Below are positions 15,801-31,300 of a stretch of 64,000 bases of DNA, in pieces. The notes beneath the pieces were generated by a model, which saw nothing but the letters and a program-made list of their open reading frames with translations, was not told where the DNA came from and ran no database searches. Source of the stretch: Eledone cirrhosa (lineage: Eukaryota); contig OZ024750.1 in the NCBI GenBank assembly GCA_964016885.1, positions 38,192,001 to 38,256,000 of the forward strand, read 5' to 3'. The stretch's first letter is position 1. Each line of letters opens with the position of its first letter. A program made the position numbers and the translations under genes.

Positions 15801-18000
15801 TGAAGCTATGACTAACATGTAACCTGTATGTGATGTACCATGAAGCTATGACTAACCTGTACACTGTATGTGATGTACCATGAAGCTATGCTAACCTGTA
15901 CACTGTATGTGATGTACCATGAAGCTATGGCTAACCTGTACAATGTATGTGATGTACCATGAAGCTATGACTAACCTGTACACTGTATGTGATGTACCAT
16001 GAAGCTATGGCTAACCTGTACACTGTATGTGATGTACCATGAAGCTATGACTTACCTGTACACTGTATGTGATGAACCATGAAGCTATGGCTAAGCTGTA
16101 CACTGTATGTGATGTACCATGAAGCTATGGCTAACATGTACACTGTATGTGATGTACCATGAAGCTATGGCTAACCTGTACACTGTATGTGATGTACCAT
16201 GAAGCTATGGCTAAGCTGTACACTGTATGTGATGTACCATGAAGCTATGACTAACCTGTACACTGTATGTGATGTACCATGAAGCTATAGCTAACCTGTA
16301 CCCTGTATGTGATGTACCATGAAGCTATGGCTAACCTGTACACTGTATGTGATGTACCATGAAGCTATGACTAACCTGTACACTGTATGTGATGTACCAT
16401 GAAGCTATAGCTAACCTATACACTGTATGTGATGTACCATGAAGCTATGGTTAACATGTACACTGTATGTGATGTACCATGAAGCTATGACTAACTTGTA
16501 CACTGTATGTGATGTACCATGAAGCTATGGCTAACCTGTACACTGTGTGTGATGTACCATGAAGCTATGGCTAACCTGTACACTGTATGTGATGTACCAT
16601 GAAGCTATGGCTAACCTGTACACTGTATGTGATGTACCATGAAGCTATGTCTAACCTGTACACTGTATGTGATGTACCATGAAGCTATGGCTAACCTGTA
16701 CACTGTATGTGATGTACCATGAAGCTATAACTAACCTGTACATTGTATGTGATGTACCATGAAGCTATAGCTAACCTGTACACTGTATGTGATGTACCAT
16801 GAAGCTATGGCTAACCTGTACACTGTATGTGATGTACCACGAAGCTATGACTAACCTGTACACTGTATATAATGTACCATGAAGCTATGACTAACCTTTA
16901 CACTGTATGTGATGTACCATGAAGCTATGGCTAACATGTACACTGTATGTGATGTACCATGAAGCTATGACTAACCTGTACACTGTATGTGATGTACCAT
17001 GAAGCTATGGCTAACCTGTACACTGTATGTGATGTACCATGAAGCTATGACTAACCTGTACACTGTATGTGATGTTCCATGAAGCTATGACTAACCTGTA
17101 CACTGTATGTGATGTACCATGAAGCTATGGCTAACCTGTACACTGTATGTGATGTACCATGAAGCTATGACTAACTTGTACACTGTATATGATGTACCAT
17201 GAAGCTATGACTAACATGTACACTGTATGCGATGTACCATGAAGCTATGACTAACCTGTACACTGTATGTGATGTACCATGAAGCTATGACTAACCTGTA
17301 CACTGTATGTGATGTACCATGAAGCTATGGCTAACCTGTACACTGTATGTGATGTAACATAAGCTATAGCTAACCTGTACACTGTATGTGATGTACCATG
17401 AAGCTATGACTAACCTGTACACTGTATGTGATGTACCATGAAGCTATGACTAACCCGTACACTGTATGTGATGTAACATGAAGCTATAGCTAACCTCTAC
17501 ACTGTATGTGATGTACCATGAAGCTATGACTAACCTGTACACTGTATGTGATGTACCATGAAGCTATAGCTAACCTATACACTGTATGTGATGTACCATG
17601 AAGCTATGACTAATCTGTACACTGTATGTGATGTACCATGAAGCTATGGCTAACCTGTACACCGTATGTGATGTAACATGAAGCTATAGCTAACCTGTAC
17701 ACTGTATGTGATGTACCATGAAGCTATGACTAACCTGTACACTGTATGTGATGTACCATGAAGCTATGACTAACCTGTACACTGTATGTGATGTACCATG
17801 AAGCTATCACTAACCTGTACACTGTATGTGATGTACCATGAAGCTATGACTAACCTATACACTGTATGTGATGTACCATGAAGCTATGACTAACCTTTAC
17901 ACTGTATGTGATGTACCATGAATTCTATGACTAACCTGTACACTGTATGTGATGTACCATGAAGCTTTAACTAACCTATACACTGTATGTGATGTACCAT
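3900..18000. repeat. About 6-kb (about 149-monomer) higher-order tandem duplication, over two imperfect copies
   Basis: Offset 5958 for atataatg (4911/10869), GAATTC (5964/11922), gaatctatggctacacc (6764/12722) and ttcc (8918/14876). The next GAATTC is at 17920 (offset 5998). Local offsets change by whole monomers. Confidence 0.85.
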
Positions 18001-20149
18001 GAAGCTATGACTAACCTTTACACTGTATGTGATGTACCATGAAGCTATGGCTAACCTGTACACTGTATGTGATGTACCATGAAGCTATGGCTAACCTGTA
18101 CACTGTATGTGATGTACCATGAAGTTATAGCTAATCTGTACACTGTATGTGATGTAACATGAAGCTATAGCTAACCTGTACACTGTATGTGATGTACCAT
18201 GAAGCCATGACTAACCTGTACACTGTATGTGATGTACCATGAAGCTATGACTAACCTGTACACTGTATGTGATGTACCATGAAGCTATGGTTAACATGTA
18301 CACTGTATGTGATGTACCATGAAGCTATGACTAACTTGTACACTGTATGTGATGTACCATGAAGCTATGGCTAACCTGTACACTGTGTGTGATGTACCAT
18401 GAAGCTATGGCTAACCTGTACACTGTATGTGATGTACCATGAAGCTATGGCTAACCTGTACACTGTATGTGATGTACCATGAAGCTATGTCTAACCTGTA
18501 CACTGTATGTGATGTACCATGAAGCTATGGCTAACCTGTACACTGTATGTGATGTACCATGAAGCTATGACTAACCTGTACATTGTATGTGATGTACCAT
18601 GAAGCTATAGCTAACCTGTACACTGTATGTGATGTACCATGAAGCTATGGCTAACCTGTACACTGTATGTGATGTACCATGAAGCTATGACTAACCTGTA
18701 CACTGTATATAATGTACCATGAAGCTATGACTAACCTTTACACTGTATGTGATGTACCATGAAGCTATGGCTAACATGTACACTGTATGTGATGTACCAT
18801 GAAGCTATGTCTAACATGTACACTGTATGTGATGTACCATGAAGCTATGGCTAACCTGTACACTGTATGTGATGTACCATGAAGCTATGACTAACCTGTA
18901 CACTGTATGTGATGTTCCATGAAGCTATGACTAACCTGTACACTGTATGTGATGTACCATGAAGCTATGGCTAACCTGTACACTGTATATAATGTAACAT
19001 GAAGCTATGACTAACTTGTACACTGTATATGATGTACCATGAAGCTATGACTAACATGTACACTGTATGCGATGTACCATGAAGCTATGACTAACCTGTA
19101 CACTGTATGTGATGTACCATGAAGCTATGACTAACCTGTACACTGTATGTGATGTACCATGAAGCTATGACTAACCTGTACACTGTATGTGATGTACCAT
19201 GAAGCTATGACTAACCCGTACACTGTATGTGATGTAACATGAAGCTATAGCTAACCTCTACACTGTATGTGATGTACCATGAAGCTATGACTAACCTGTA
19301 CACTGTATGTGATGTACCATGAAGCTATAGCTAACCTATACACTGTATGTGATGTACCATGAAGCTATGACTAATCTGTACACTGTATGTGATGTACCAT
19401 GAAGCTATGGCTAACCTGTACACCGTATGTGATGTAACATGAAGCTATAGCTAACCTGTACACTGTATGTGATGTACCATGAAGCTATGACTAACCTGTA
19501 CACTGTATGTGATGTACCATGAAGCTATGACTAACCTGTACACTGTATGTGATGTACCATGAAGCTATCACTAACCTGTACACTGTATGTGATGTACCAT
19601 GAAGCTATGACTAACCTATACACTCTATGTGATGTACCATGAAGCTATGACTAACCTTTACACTGTATGTGATGTACCATGAATTCTATGACTAACCTGT
19701 ACACTGTATGGGATGTACCATGAAGCTATGACTAACCTATACACTGTATGTGATGTACCATGAAGCTATGACTAACCTTTACACTGTATGTGATGTAACA
19801 TGAAGCTACAGCTAACCTGTACACTGTATGTGATGTACCATGAAGCTATGACTAACCTGTACACTGTATGTGATGTACCATGAAGCTATAGCTAACCTAT
19901 ACACTGTATGTGGTGTACCATGAAGCTATGACTAACCTGTACACTGTATGTGATGTACCATGAAGCTATGACTAACATGTAACCTGTATGTGATGTACCA
20001 TGAAGCTATGACTAACCTGTACACTGTATGTGATGTACCATGAAGCTATGCTAACCTGTACACTGTATGTGATGTACCATGAAGCTATGGCTAACCTGTA
20101 CAATGTATGTGATGTACCATGAAGCTATGACTAACCTATACACTGTATG

Positions 20150-23100
20150 TGATGTACCATGAAGCTATGACTAACCTGTACACTGTATGTGATGTACCAT
20201 GAAGCTATGGCTAAACTGTACACTGTATATGACTTACCATGAAGCTATGGCTAACCTGTACACTGTATGTGATGTACCATGAAGCTATGACTAACCTGTA
20301 CACTGTATATGATGTACCATGAAGCTATGACTAACATGTACACTGTATGCGATGTACCATGAAGCTATGACTAACCTGTACACTGTATGTGATGTACCAT
20401 GAAGCTATGACTAACCTGTACACTGTATGTGATGTACCATGAAGCTATGACTAACCTGTACACTGTATGTGATGTACCATGAATCTATGGCTACACCTGT
20501 ACACTGTATGTGATGTACCATGAAGCTATGACTAACCTATACACTGTATGTGATGTACCATGAAGCTATGACTAACCTGTACACCGTATGTGATGTACCA
20601 TGAAGCTATAACTAACCTATAAACTGTATGTGATGTACCATGAAGCTATGACTAACCTGTACACTGTATGTGATGTACCATGAAGCTATGACTAACCTAT
20701 ACACTGTATGTGATGTACCATGCAGCTATGACTAACCTGTACACTGTATGTGATGTACCATGAAGCTAAAGCTAACCTGTACACTGTATGTGATGTACCA
20801 TGAAGCTATGACTAACCTGTACACTGTATGTGATGTACCATGAAGCTATGACTAACCTGTACACTGTATGTGATGTAGCATGAAGCTATAGCTAACCTGT
20901 ACACTGTATGTGATGTACCATGAAGCTATGACTAACCTGTACACTGTATGCGATGTACCATGAAGCTATAGCTAACCTATACACTCTATGTGATGTACCA
21001 TGAGGCTATGACTAACCTGTACACTGTATGTGATGTACCATGAAGCTATGGCTAACCTGTACACTGTATGTGATGTAACATGAAGCTATAGCTAACCCGT
21101 ACACTGTATGTGATGTACCATGAAGCTATGTCTAACCTGTACACTGTATGTGATGTACCATGAAGCTATGACTAACATGTACACTGTATGCGATGTACCA
21201 TGAAGCTATGACTAACCTGTACACTGTATGTGATGTACCATGAAGCTATGACTAACCTGTACACTGAATGTGATGTACCATGAAGCTATGGCTAACCTGT
21301 ACACTGTATGTGATGTACCATGAAGCTATAGGTAAGCTGTACACTGTATGTGATGTACCATGAAGCTATGACTAACCTGTACACTCTATGTGATGTACCA
21401 TGAAGCTATGGCTAACCTGTACACTGTATGTGATGTACCATGAAGCTATGACTAACCTATACACTGTATGTGATGTACCATGAAGCTATGACTAAACTTT
21501 ACACTGTATGTGATGTACCATGAAGCTATGGGTAACCTGTACACTGTATGTGATGTACCATGAAGCTATGGCTAACCTGTACACTGTATGTGATGTACCA
21601 TGAAGTTATAGCTAATCTGTACACTGTATGTGATGTAACATGAAGCTATAGCTAACCTGTACACTGTATGTGATGTACCATGAAGCTATGACTAACCTGT
21701 ACACAGTATGTGATGTACCATGAAGCTATAGCTAACCTATACACTGTATGTGATGTACCATGAAGCTAAGACTAACCTGTACACTGTATGTGATGTACCA
21801 TGAAGCTACAACTAACCTATACACTGTATGTGATGTACCATGAAGCTATGACTAACCTGTACACTGTATGTGATGTACCATGAAGCTATTACTAACATGT
21901 ACACTGTATGTGATGTACCATGAAGCTATGACTAACCTGTACACTGTATGTGATGTACCATGAAGCTATGCTAAACGGTACACTGTTTGTGATGTACCAT
22001 GAAGCTATGGCTAACCTGTACACTGTATGTGATGTACCATGAAGCTATGACTAACCTGTACACTGTATGTGATGTACCATGAAGCTATGGCTAAACTGTA
22101 CACTGTATATGACTTACCATGAAGCTATGGCTAACCTGTACACTGTATGTGATGTACCATGAAGCTATGACTAACCTGTACACTGTATATGATGTACCAT
22201 GAAGCTATGACTAACATGTACACTGTATGCGATGTACCATGAAGCTATGACTAACCTGTACACTGTATGTGATGTACCATGAAGCTATGACTAACCTGTA
22301 CACTGTATGTGATGTACCATGAAGCTATGACTAACCTGTACACTGTATGTGATGTACCATGAATCTATGGCTACACCTGTACACTGTATGTGATGTACCA
22401 TGAAGCTATGACTAACCTATACACTGTATGTGATGTACCATGAAGCTATGACTAACCTGTGCACCGTATGTGATGTACCATGAAGCTATAACTAACCTAT
22501 AAACTGTATGTGATGTACCATGAAGCTATGACTAACCTGTACACTGTATGTGATGTACCATGAAGCTATGACTAACCTATACACTGTATGTGATGTACCA
22601 TGCAGCTATGACTAACCTGTACACTGTATGTGATGTACCATGAAGCTAAAGCTAACCTGTACACTGTATGTGATGTACCATGAAGCTATGACTAACCTGT
22701 ACACTGTATGTGATGTACCATGAAGCTATGACTAACCTGTACACTGTATGTGATGTAGCATGAAGCTATAGCTAACCTGTACACTGTATGTGATGTACCA
22801 TGAAGCTATGACTAACCTGTACACTGTATGCGATGTACCATGAAGCTATAGCTAACCTATACACTCTATGTGATGTACCATGAGGCTATGACTAACCTGT
22901 ACACTGTATGTGATGTACCATGAAGCTATGGCTAACCTGTACACTGTATGTGATGTAACATGAAGCTATAGCTAACCCGTACACTGTATGTGATGTACCA
23001 TGAAGCTATGTCTAACCTGTACACTGTATGTGATGTACCATGAAGCTATGACTAACATGTACACTGTATGCGATGTACCATGAAGCTATGACTAACCTGT

Positions 23101-23910
23101 ACACTGTATGTGATGTACCATGAAGCTATGACTAACCTGTACACTGAATGTGATGTACCATGAAGCTATGGCTAACCTGTACACTGTATGTGATGTACCA
23201 TGAAGCTATAGGTAAGCTGTACACTGTATGTGATGTACCATGAAGCTATGACTAACCTGTACACTCTATGTGATGTACCATGAAGCTATGGCTAACCTGT
23301 ACACTGTATGTGATGTACCATGAAGCTATGACTAACCTATACACTGTATGTGATGTACCATGAAGCTATGACTAAACTTTACACTGTATGTGATGTACCA
23401 TGAAGCTATGGGTAACCTGTACACTGTATGTGATGTACCATGAAGCTATGGCTAACCTGTACACTGTATGTGATGTACCATGAAGTTATAGCTAATCTGT
23501 ACACTGTATGTGATGTAACATGAAGCTATAGCTAACCTGTACACTGTATGTGATGTACCATGAAGCTATGACTAACCTGTACACAGTATGTGATGTACCA
23601 TGAAGCTATAGCTAACCTATACACTGTATGTGATGTACCATGAAGCTAAGACTAACCTGTACACTGTATGTGATGTACCATGAAGCTACAACTAACCTAT
23701 ACACTGTATGTGATGTACCATGAAGCTATGACTAACCTGTACACTGTATGTGATGTACCATGAAGCTATTACTAACATGTACACTGTATGTGATGTACCA
23801 TGAAGCTATGACTAACCTGTACACTGTATGTGATGTACCATGAAGCTATGCTAAACGGTACACTGTTTGTGATGTACCATGAAGCTATGGCTAACCTGTA
23901 CACTGTATGT
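20150..23910. repeat. Tandem duplication of a 1880-bp (47-monomer) block
   Basis: gaatctatggctacacc at 20481 and 22361. The private marker tatatgacttacc (about 20226/22106) and the markers tgaggct, actgaatg, gggtaa, acacagt and aaacgg...tgttt repeat at the same offset. Confidence 0.9.
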
Positions 23911-25399
23911 GATGTACCATGAAGCTATAGGTAAGCTGTACACTGTATGTGATGTACCATGAAGCTATGACTAACCTGTACACTGTATGTGATGTACCAT
24001 GAAGCTATGGCTAACCTGTACACTGTATGTGATGTACCATGAAGCTATGACTAACCTATACACTGTATGTGATGTACCATGAAGCTATGACTAAACTTTA
24101 CACTGTATGTGATGTACCATGAAGCTATGGCTAACCTGTACACTGTATGTGATGTACCATGAAGCTATGACTAACCTGTACACTGTATGTGATGTACCAT
24201 GAAGCTATGGCTAACCTGTACACTGTATGTGATGTACCATGAAGTTATGGCTAACCTGTACACTGTATGTGATGTACCATGAAGCTATGGCTATCCTGTA
24301 CACTGTATGTGAGGTACCATGCAGCTATGGCTAACCTGTACACTGTATGTGATGTACCATGAAGCTATGACTAACCTGTACATTGTATGGGATGTACCAT
24401 GAAGCTATAGCTAACCTGTACACTGTATGTGATGTACCATAAAGCTATGGCTAACCTGTACACTGTATGTGATGTACCATGAAGCTATGACTAACCTGTA
24501 CACTGTATATGATGTACCATGAAGCTATGACTAACCTTTACACTGTATGTGATGTACCATGAAGCTATGGCTAACATGTACACTGTATGTGATGTACCAT
24601 GAAGCTATGACTAACCTGTACACTGTATGTGATGTACCATGAAGCTATGGCTAACCTGTACACTGTATGTGATGTACCATGAAGCTATGACTAACCTGTA
24701 CACTGTATGTGATGTTCCATGAAGCTATGACTAACCTGTACACTGTATGTGATGTACAATGAAGCTATGGCTAACCTGTACACTGTATGTGATTTACCAT
24801 GAAGCTATGACTAACTTGTACACTGTATATGATGTACCATGAAGCTATGACTAACATGTACACTGTATGCGATGTACCATGAAGCTATGACTAACCTGTT
24901 CACTGTATGTGATGTACCATGAAGCTATGACTAACCTGTACACTGTATGTGATGTACCATGAAGCTATAGCTAACCTATACACTGTATGTGATATACCAT
25001 GAAGCTATGACTAATCTGTACACTGTATGTGATGTACCATGAAGCTATGGCTAACCTGTACACCGTATGTGATGTAACATGAAGCTATAGCTAACCTGTA
25101 CACTGTATGTGATGTACCATGAAGCTATGACTAACCTGTACACTGTATGTGATGTACCATGAAGCTATGACTAACCTGTACACTGTATGTGATGTACCAT
25201 GAAGCTATGGCTAACCTGTACACTGTACGTGATGTACCATGAAGCTATGACTAACCTGTACACTGTATATGATGTACCATGAAGCTATGACTAACATGTA
25301 CACTGTATGCGATGTACCATGAAGCTATGACTAACCTGTACACTGTATGTAATGTACCATGAAGCTATGACTAACCTGTACACTGTATGTGATGTACCA

Positions 25400-28300
25400 T
25401 GAAGCTATAGGTAACCTGTACACTGTATGTGATGTACCATGAAGCTATGACTAACCTGTACACTGTATGTGATGTACCATGAAGCTATGACTAACCTGTA
25501 CACTGTATGTGATGTACCATGAAGCTATGACTAACCTGTACACTGTATGTGATGTACCATGAAGCTACGACTAACCTATACACTGTATGTGATGTACCAT
25601 GAAGCTATGACTAATCTGTACACTGTATGTGATGTACCATGAAGCTATGACTAACATGTAACCTGTATGTGATGTACCATGAAGCTATGACTAACCTGTA
25701 CACTGTATGTGATGTACCATGAAGCTATGCTAACCTGTACACTGTATGTGATGTACCATGAAGCTATGGCTAACCTGTACAATGTATGTGATGTACCATG
25801 AAGCTATGACTAACCTGTACACTGTATGTGATGTACCATGAAGCTATGGCTAACCTGTACACTGTATGTGATGTACCATGAAGCTATGACTTACCTGTAC
25901 ACTGTATGTGATGAACCATGAAGCTATGGCTAAGCTGTACACTGTATGTGATGTACCATGAAGCTATGGCTAACATGTACACTGTATGTGATGTACCATG
26001 AAGCTATGGCTAACCTGTACACTGTATGTGATGTACCATGAAGCTATGGCTAAGCTGTACACTGTATGTGATGTACCATGAAGCTATGACTAACCTGTAC
26101 ACTGTATGTGATGTACCATGAAGCTATAGCTAACCTGTACCCTGTATGTGATGTACCATGAAGCTATGGCTAACCTGTACACTGTATGTGATGTACCATG
26201 AAGCTATGACTAACCTATACACTGTATGTGATGTACCATGAAGCTATAGCTAACCTATACACTGTATGTGATGTACCATGAAGCTATGGTTAACATGTAC
26301 ACTGTATGTGATGTACCATGAAGCTATGACTAACTTGTACACTGTATGTGATGTACCATGAAGCTATGGCTAACCTGTACACTGTGTGTGATGTACCATG
26401 AAGCTATGGCTAACCTGTACACTGTATGTGATGTACCATGAAGCTATGGCTAACCTGTACACTGTATGTGATGTACCATGAAGCTATGTCTAACCTGTAC
26501 ACTGTATGTGATGTACCATGAAGCTATGGCTAACCTGTACACTGTATGTGATGTACCATGAAGCTATGACTAACCTGTACATTGTATGTGATGTACCATG
26601 AAGCTATAGCTAACCTGTACACTGTATGTGATGTACCATGAAGCTATGGCTAACCTGTACACTGTATGTGATGTACCACGAAGCTATGACTAACCTGTAC
26701 ACTGTATATAATGTACCATGAAGCTATGACTAACCTTTACACTGTATGTGATGTACCATGAAGCTATAGCTAACATGTACACTGTATGTGATGTACCATG
26801 AAGCTATGACTAACCTGTACACTGTATGTGATGTACCATGAAGCTATGGCTAACCTGTACACTGTATGTGATGTACCATGAAGCTATGACTAACCTGTAC
26901 ACTGTATGTGATGTTCCATGAAGCTATGACTAACCTGTACACTGTATGTGATGTACCATGAAGCTATGGCTAACCTGTACACTGTATGTGATGTACCATG
27001 AAGCTATGACTAACTTGTACACTGTATATGATGTACCATGAAGCTATGACTAACATGTACACTGTATGCGATGTACCATGAAGCTATGACTAACCTGTAC
27101 ACTGTATGTGATGTACCATGAAGCTATGACTAACCTGTACACTGTATGTGATGTACCATGAAGCTATGGCTAACCTGTACACTGTATGTGATGTAACATA
27201 AGCTATAGCTAACCTGTACACTGTATGTGATGTACCATGAAGCTATGACTAACCTGTACACTGTATGTGATGTACCATGAAGCTATGACTAACCCGTACA
27301 CTGTATGTGATGTAACATGAAGCTATAGCTAACCTCTACACTGTATGTGATGTACCATGAAGCTATGACTAACCTGTACACTGTATGTGATGTACCATGA
27401 AGCTATAGCTAATCTATACACTGTATGTGATGTACCATGAAGCTATGACTAATCTGTACACTGTATGTGATGTACCATGAAGCTATGGCTAACCTGTACA
27501 CCGTATGTGATGTAACATGAAGCTATAGCTAACCTGTACACTGTATGTGATGTACCATGAAGCTATGACTAACCTGTACACTGTATGTGATGTACCATGA
27601 AGCTATGACTAACCTGTACACTGTATGTGATGTACCATGAAGCTATCACTAACCTGTACACTGTATGTGATGTACCATGAAGCTATGACTAACCTATACA
27701 CTGTATGTGATGTACCATGAAGCTATGACTAACCTTTACACTGTATGTGATGTACCATGAATTCTATGACTAACCTGTACACTGTATGTGATGTACCATG
27801 AAGCTTTAACTAACCTATACACTGTATGTGATGTACCATGAAGCTATGACTAACCTTTACACTGTATGTGATGTACCATGAAGCTATGGCTAACCTGTAC
27901 ACTGTATGTGATGTACCATGAAGCTATGGCTAACCTGTACACTGTATGTGATGTACCATGAAGTTATAGCTAATCTGTACACTGTATGTGATGTAACATG
28001 AAGCTATAGCTAACCTGTACACTGTATGTGATGTACCATGAAGCTATGACTAACCTGTACACTGTATGTGATGTACCATGAAGCTATAGCTAACCTATAC
28101 ACTGTATGTGATGTACCATGAAGCTATGACTAACCTGTACACTGTATGTGATGTACCATGAAGCTATGACTAACCTATACACTGTATGTGATGTACCATG
28201 AAGCTATGACTAACCTGTACACTGTATGTGATGTACCATGAAGCTATGACTAACATGTAACCTGTATGTGATGTACCATGAAGCTATGACTAACCTGTAC

Positions 28301-31300
28301 ACTGTATGTGATGTACCATGAAGCTATGCTAACCTGTACACTGTATGTGATGTACCATGAAGCTATGGCTAACCTGTACAATGTATGTGATGTACCATGG
28401 AGCTATGACTAACCTATACACTGTATGTGATGTACCATGAAGCTATGACTAACCTGTACACTGTATGTGATGTACCATGAAGCTATGGCTAAACTGTACA
28501 CTGTATGTGACTTACCATGAAGCTATGGCTAACCTGTACACTGTATGTGATGTACCATGAAGCTATGACTAACCTGTACACTGTATATGATGTACCATGA
28601 AGCTATGACTAACATGTACACTGTATGCGATGTACCATGAAGCTATGACTAACCTGTACACTGTATGTGATGTACCATGAAGCTATGACTAACATGTACA
28701 CTGTATGTGATGTACCATGAAGCTATGACTAACCTGTACACTGTATGTGATGTACCATGAATGTATGGCTAACCTGTACACTGTATGTGATGTACCATGA
28801 AGTTTTAGCTAATCTGTACACTGTATGTGATGTAACATGAAGCTATAGCTAACCTATACATTGTATGTGATGTACCATGAAGCTATGACTAACCTGTACA
28901 CTGTAACTGATGTACCATAAAGCTATAACTAACCTATACACTGTATGTGATGTACCATGAAGCTATGACTAACATGTACACTGTATGTGATGTACCATGA
29001 AGCTATGGCTAACCTGTACACTGTATGTGATGCACCATGAAGCTATGCTAAACGGTACACTGTATGTGATGTACCATGAAGCTATGGCTAACCTGTACAA
29101 TGTATGTGATGTACCATGAAGCTATGACTAACCTGTACGCTGTATGTGATGTACCATGAAGCTATGACTAACCTATACACTGTATGTGATGTACCATGAA
29201 GCTATGACTAAACTTTACACTGTATGTGATGTACCATGAAGCTATGGCTAACCTGTACACTGTATGTGATGTACCATGAAGCTATGGCTAACCTGTACAC
29301 TGTATGTGATGTACCATGAAGCTATAGGTAACCTGTACACTGTATGTGATGTACCATGAAGCTATGACTAACCTGTACACTGTATGTGATGTACCATGAA
29401 GCTATGACTAACCTGTACACTGTATGTGATGTACCATGAAGCTATGACTAACCTGTACACTGTATGTGATGTACCATGAAGCTACGACTAACCTATACAC
29501 TGTATGTGATGTACCATGAAGCTATGACTAATCTGTACACTGTATGTTATGTACCATGAAGCTATGACTAACATGTAACCTGTATGTGATTTACCATGAA
29601 GCTATGACTAACCTGTACACTGTATGTGATGTACCATGAAGCTATGCTAACCTGTACACTGTATGTGATGTACCATGAAGCTATGGCTAACCTGTACAAT
29701 GTATGTGATGTACCATGAAGCTATGACTAACCTGTACACTGTATGTGATGTACCATGAAGCTATGGCTAACCTGTACACTGTATGTGATGTACCATGAAG
29801 CTATGACTTACCTGTACACTGTATGTGATGAACCATGAAGCTATGGCTAAGCTGTACACTGTATGTGATGTACCATGAAGCTATGGCTAACATGTACACT
29901 GTATGTGATGTACCATGAAGCTATGGCTAACCTGTACACTGTATGTGATGTACCATGAAGCTATGGCTAAGCTGTACACTGTATGTGATGTACCATGAAG
30001 CTATGACTAACCTGTACACTGTATGTGATGTACCATGAAGCTATAGCTAACCTGTACCCTGTATGTGATGTACCATGAAGCTATGGCTAACCTGTACACT
30101 GTATGTGATGTACCATGAAGCTATGACTAACCTGTACACTGTATGTGATGTACCATGAAGCTATAGCTAACCTATACACTGTATGTGATGTACCATGAAG
30201 CTATGGTTAACATGTACACTGTATGTGATGTACCATGAAGCTATGACTAACTTGTACACTGTATGTGATGTACCATGAAGCTATGGCTAACCTGTACACT
30301 GTGTGTGATGTACCATGAAGCTATGGCTAACCTGTACACTGTATGTGATGTACCATGAAGCTATGGCTAACCTGTACACTGTATGTGATGTACCATGAAG
30401 CTATGTCTAACCTGTACACTGTATGTGATGTACCATGAAGCTATGGCTAACCTGTACACTGTATGTGATGTACCATGAAGCTATGACTAACCTGTACATT
30501 GTATATGATGTACCATGAAGCTATAGCTAACCTGTACACTGTATGTGATGTACCATGAAGCTATGGCTAACCTGTACACTGTATGTGATGTACCACGAAG
30601 CTATGACTAACCTGTACACTGTATATAATGTACCATGAAGCTATGACTAACCTTTACACTGTATGTGATGTACCATGAAGCTATGGCTAACATGTACACT
30701 GTATGTGATGTACCATGAAGCTATGACTAACCTGTACACTGTATGTGATGTACCATGAAGCTATGGCTAACCTGTACACTGTATGTGATGTACCATGAAG
30801 CTATGACTAACCTGTACACTGTATGTGATGTTCCATGAAGCTATGACTAACCTGTACACTGTATGTGATGTACCATGAAGCTATGGCTAACCTGTACACT
30901 GTATGTGATGTACCATGAAGCTATGACTAACTTGTACACTGTATATGATGTACCATGAAGCTATGACTAACATGTACACTGTATGCGATGTACCATGAAG
31001 CTATGACTAACCTGTACACTGTATGTGATGTACCATGAAGCTATGACTAACCTGTACACTGTATGTGATGTACCATGAAGCTATGGCTAACCTGTACACT
31101 GTATGTGATGTAACATAAGCTATAGCTAACCTGTACACTGTATGTGATGTACCATGAAGCTATGACTAACCTGTACACTGTATGTGATGTACCATGAAGC
31201 TATGACTAACCCGTACACTGTATGTGATGTAACATGAAGCTATAGCTAACCTCTACACTGTATGTGATGTACCATGAAGCTATGACTAACCTGTACACTG

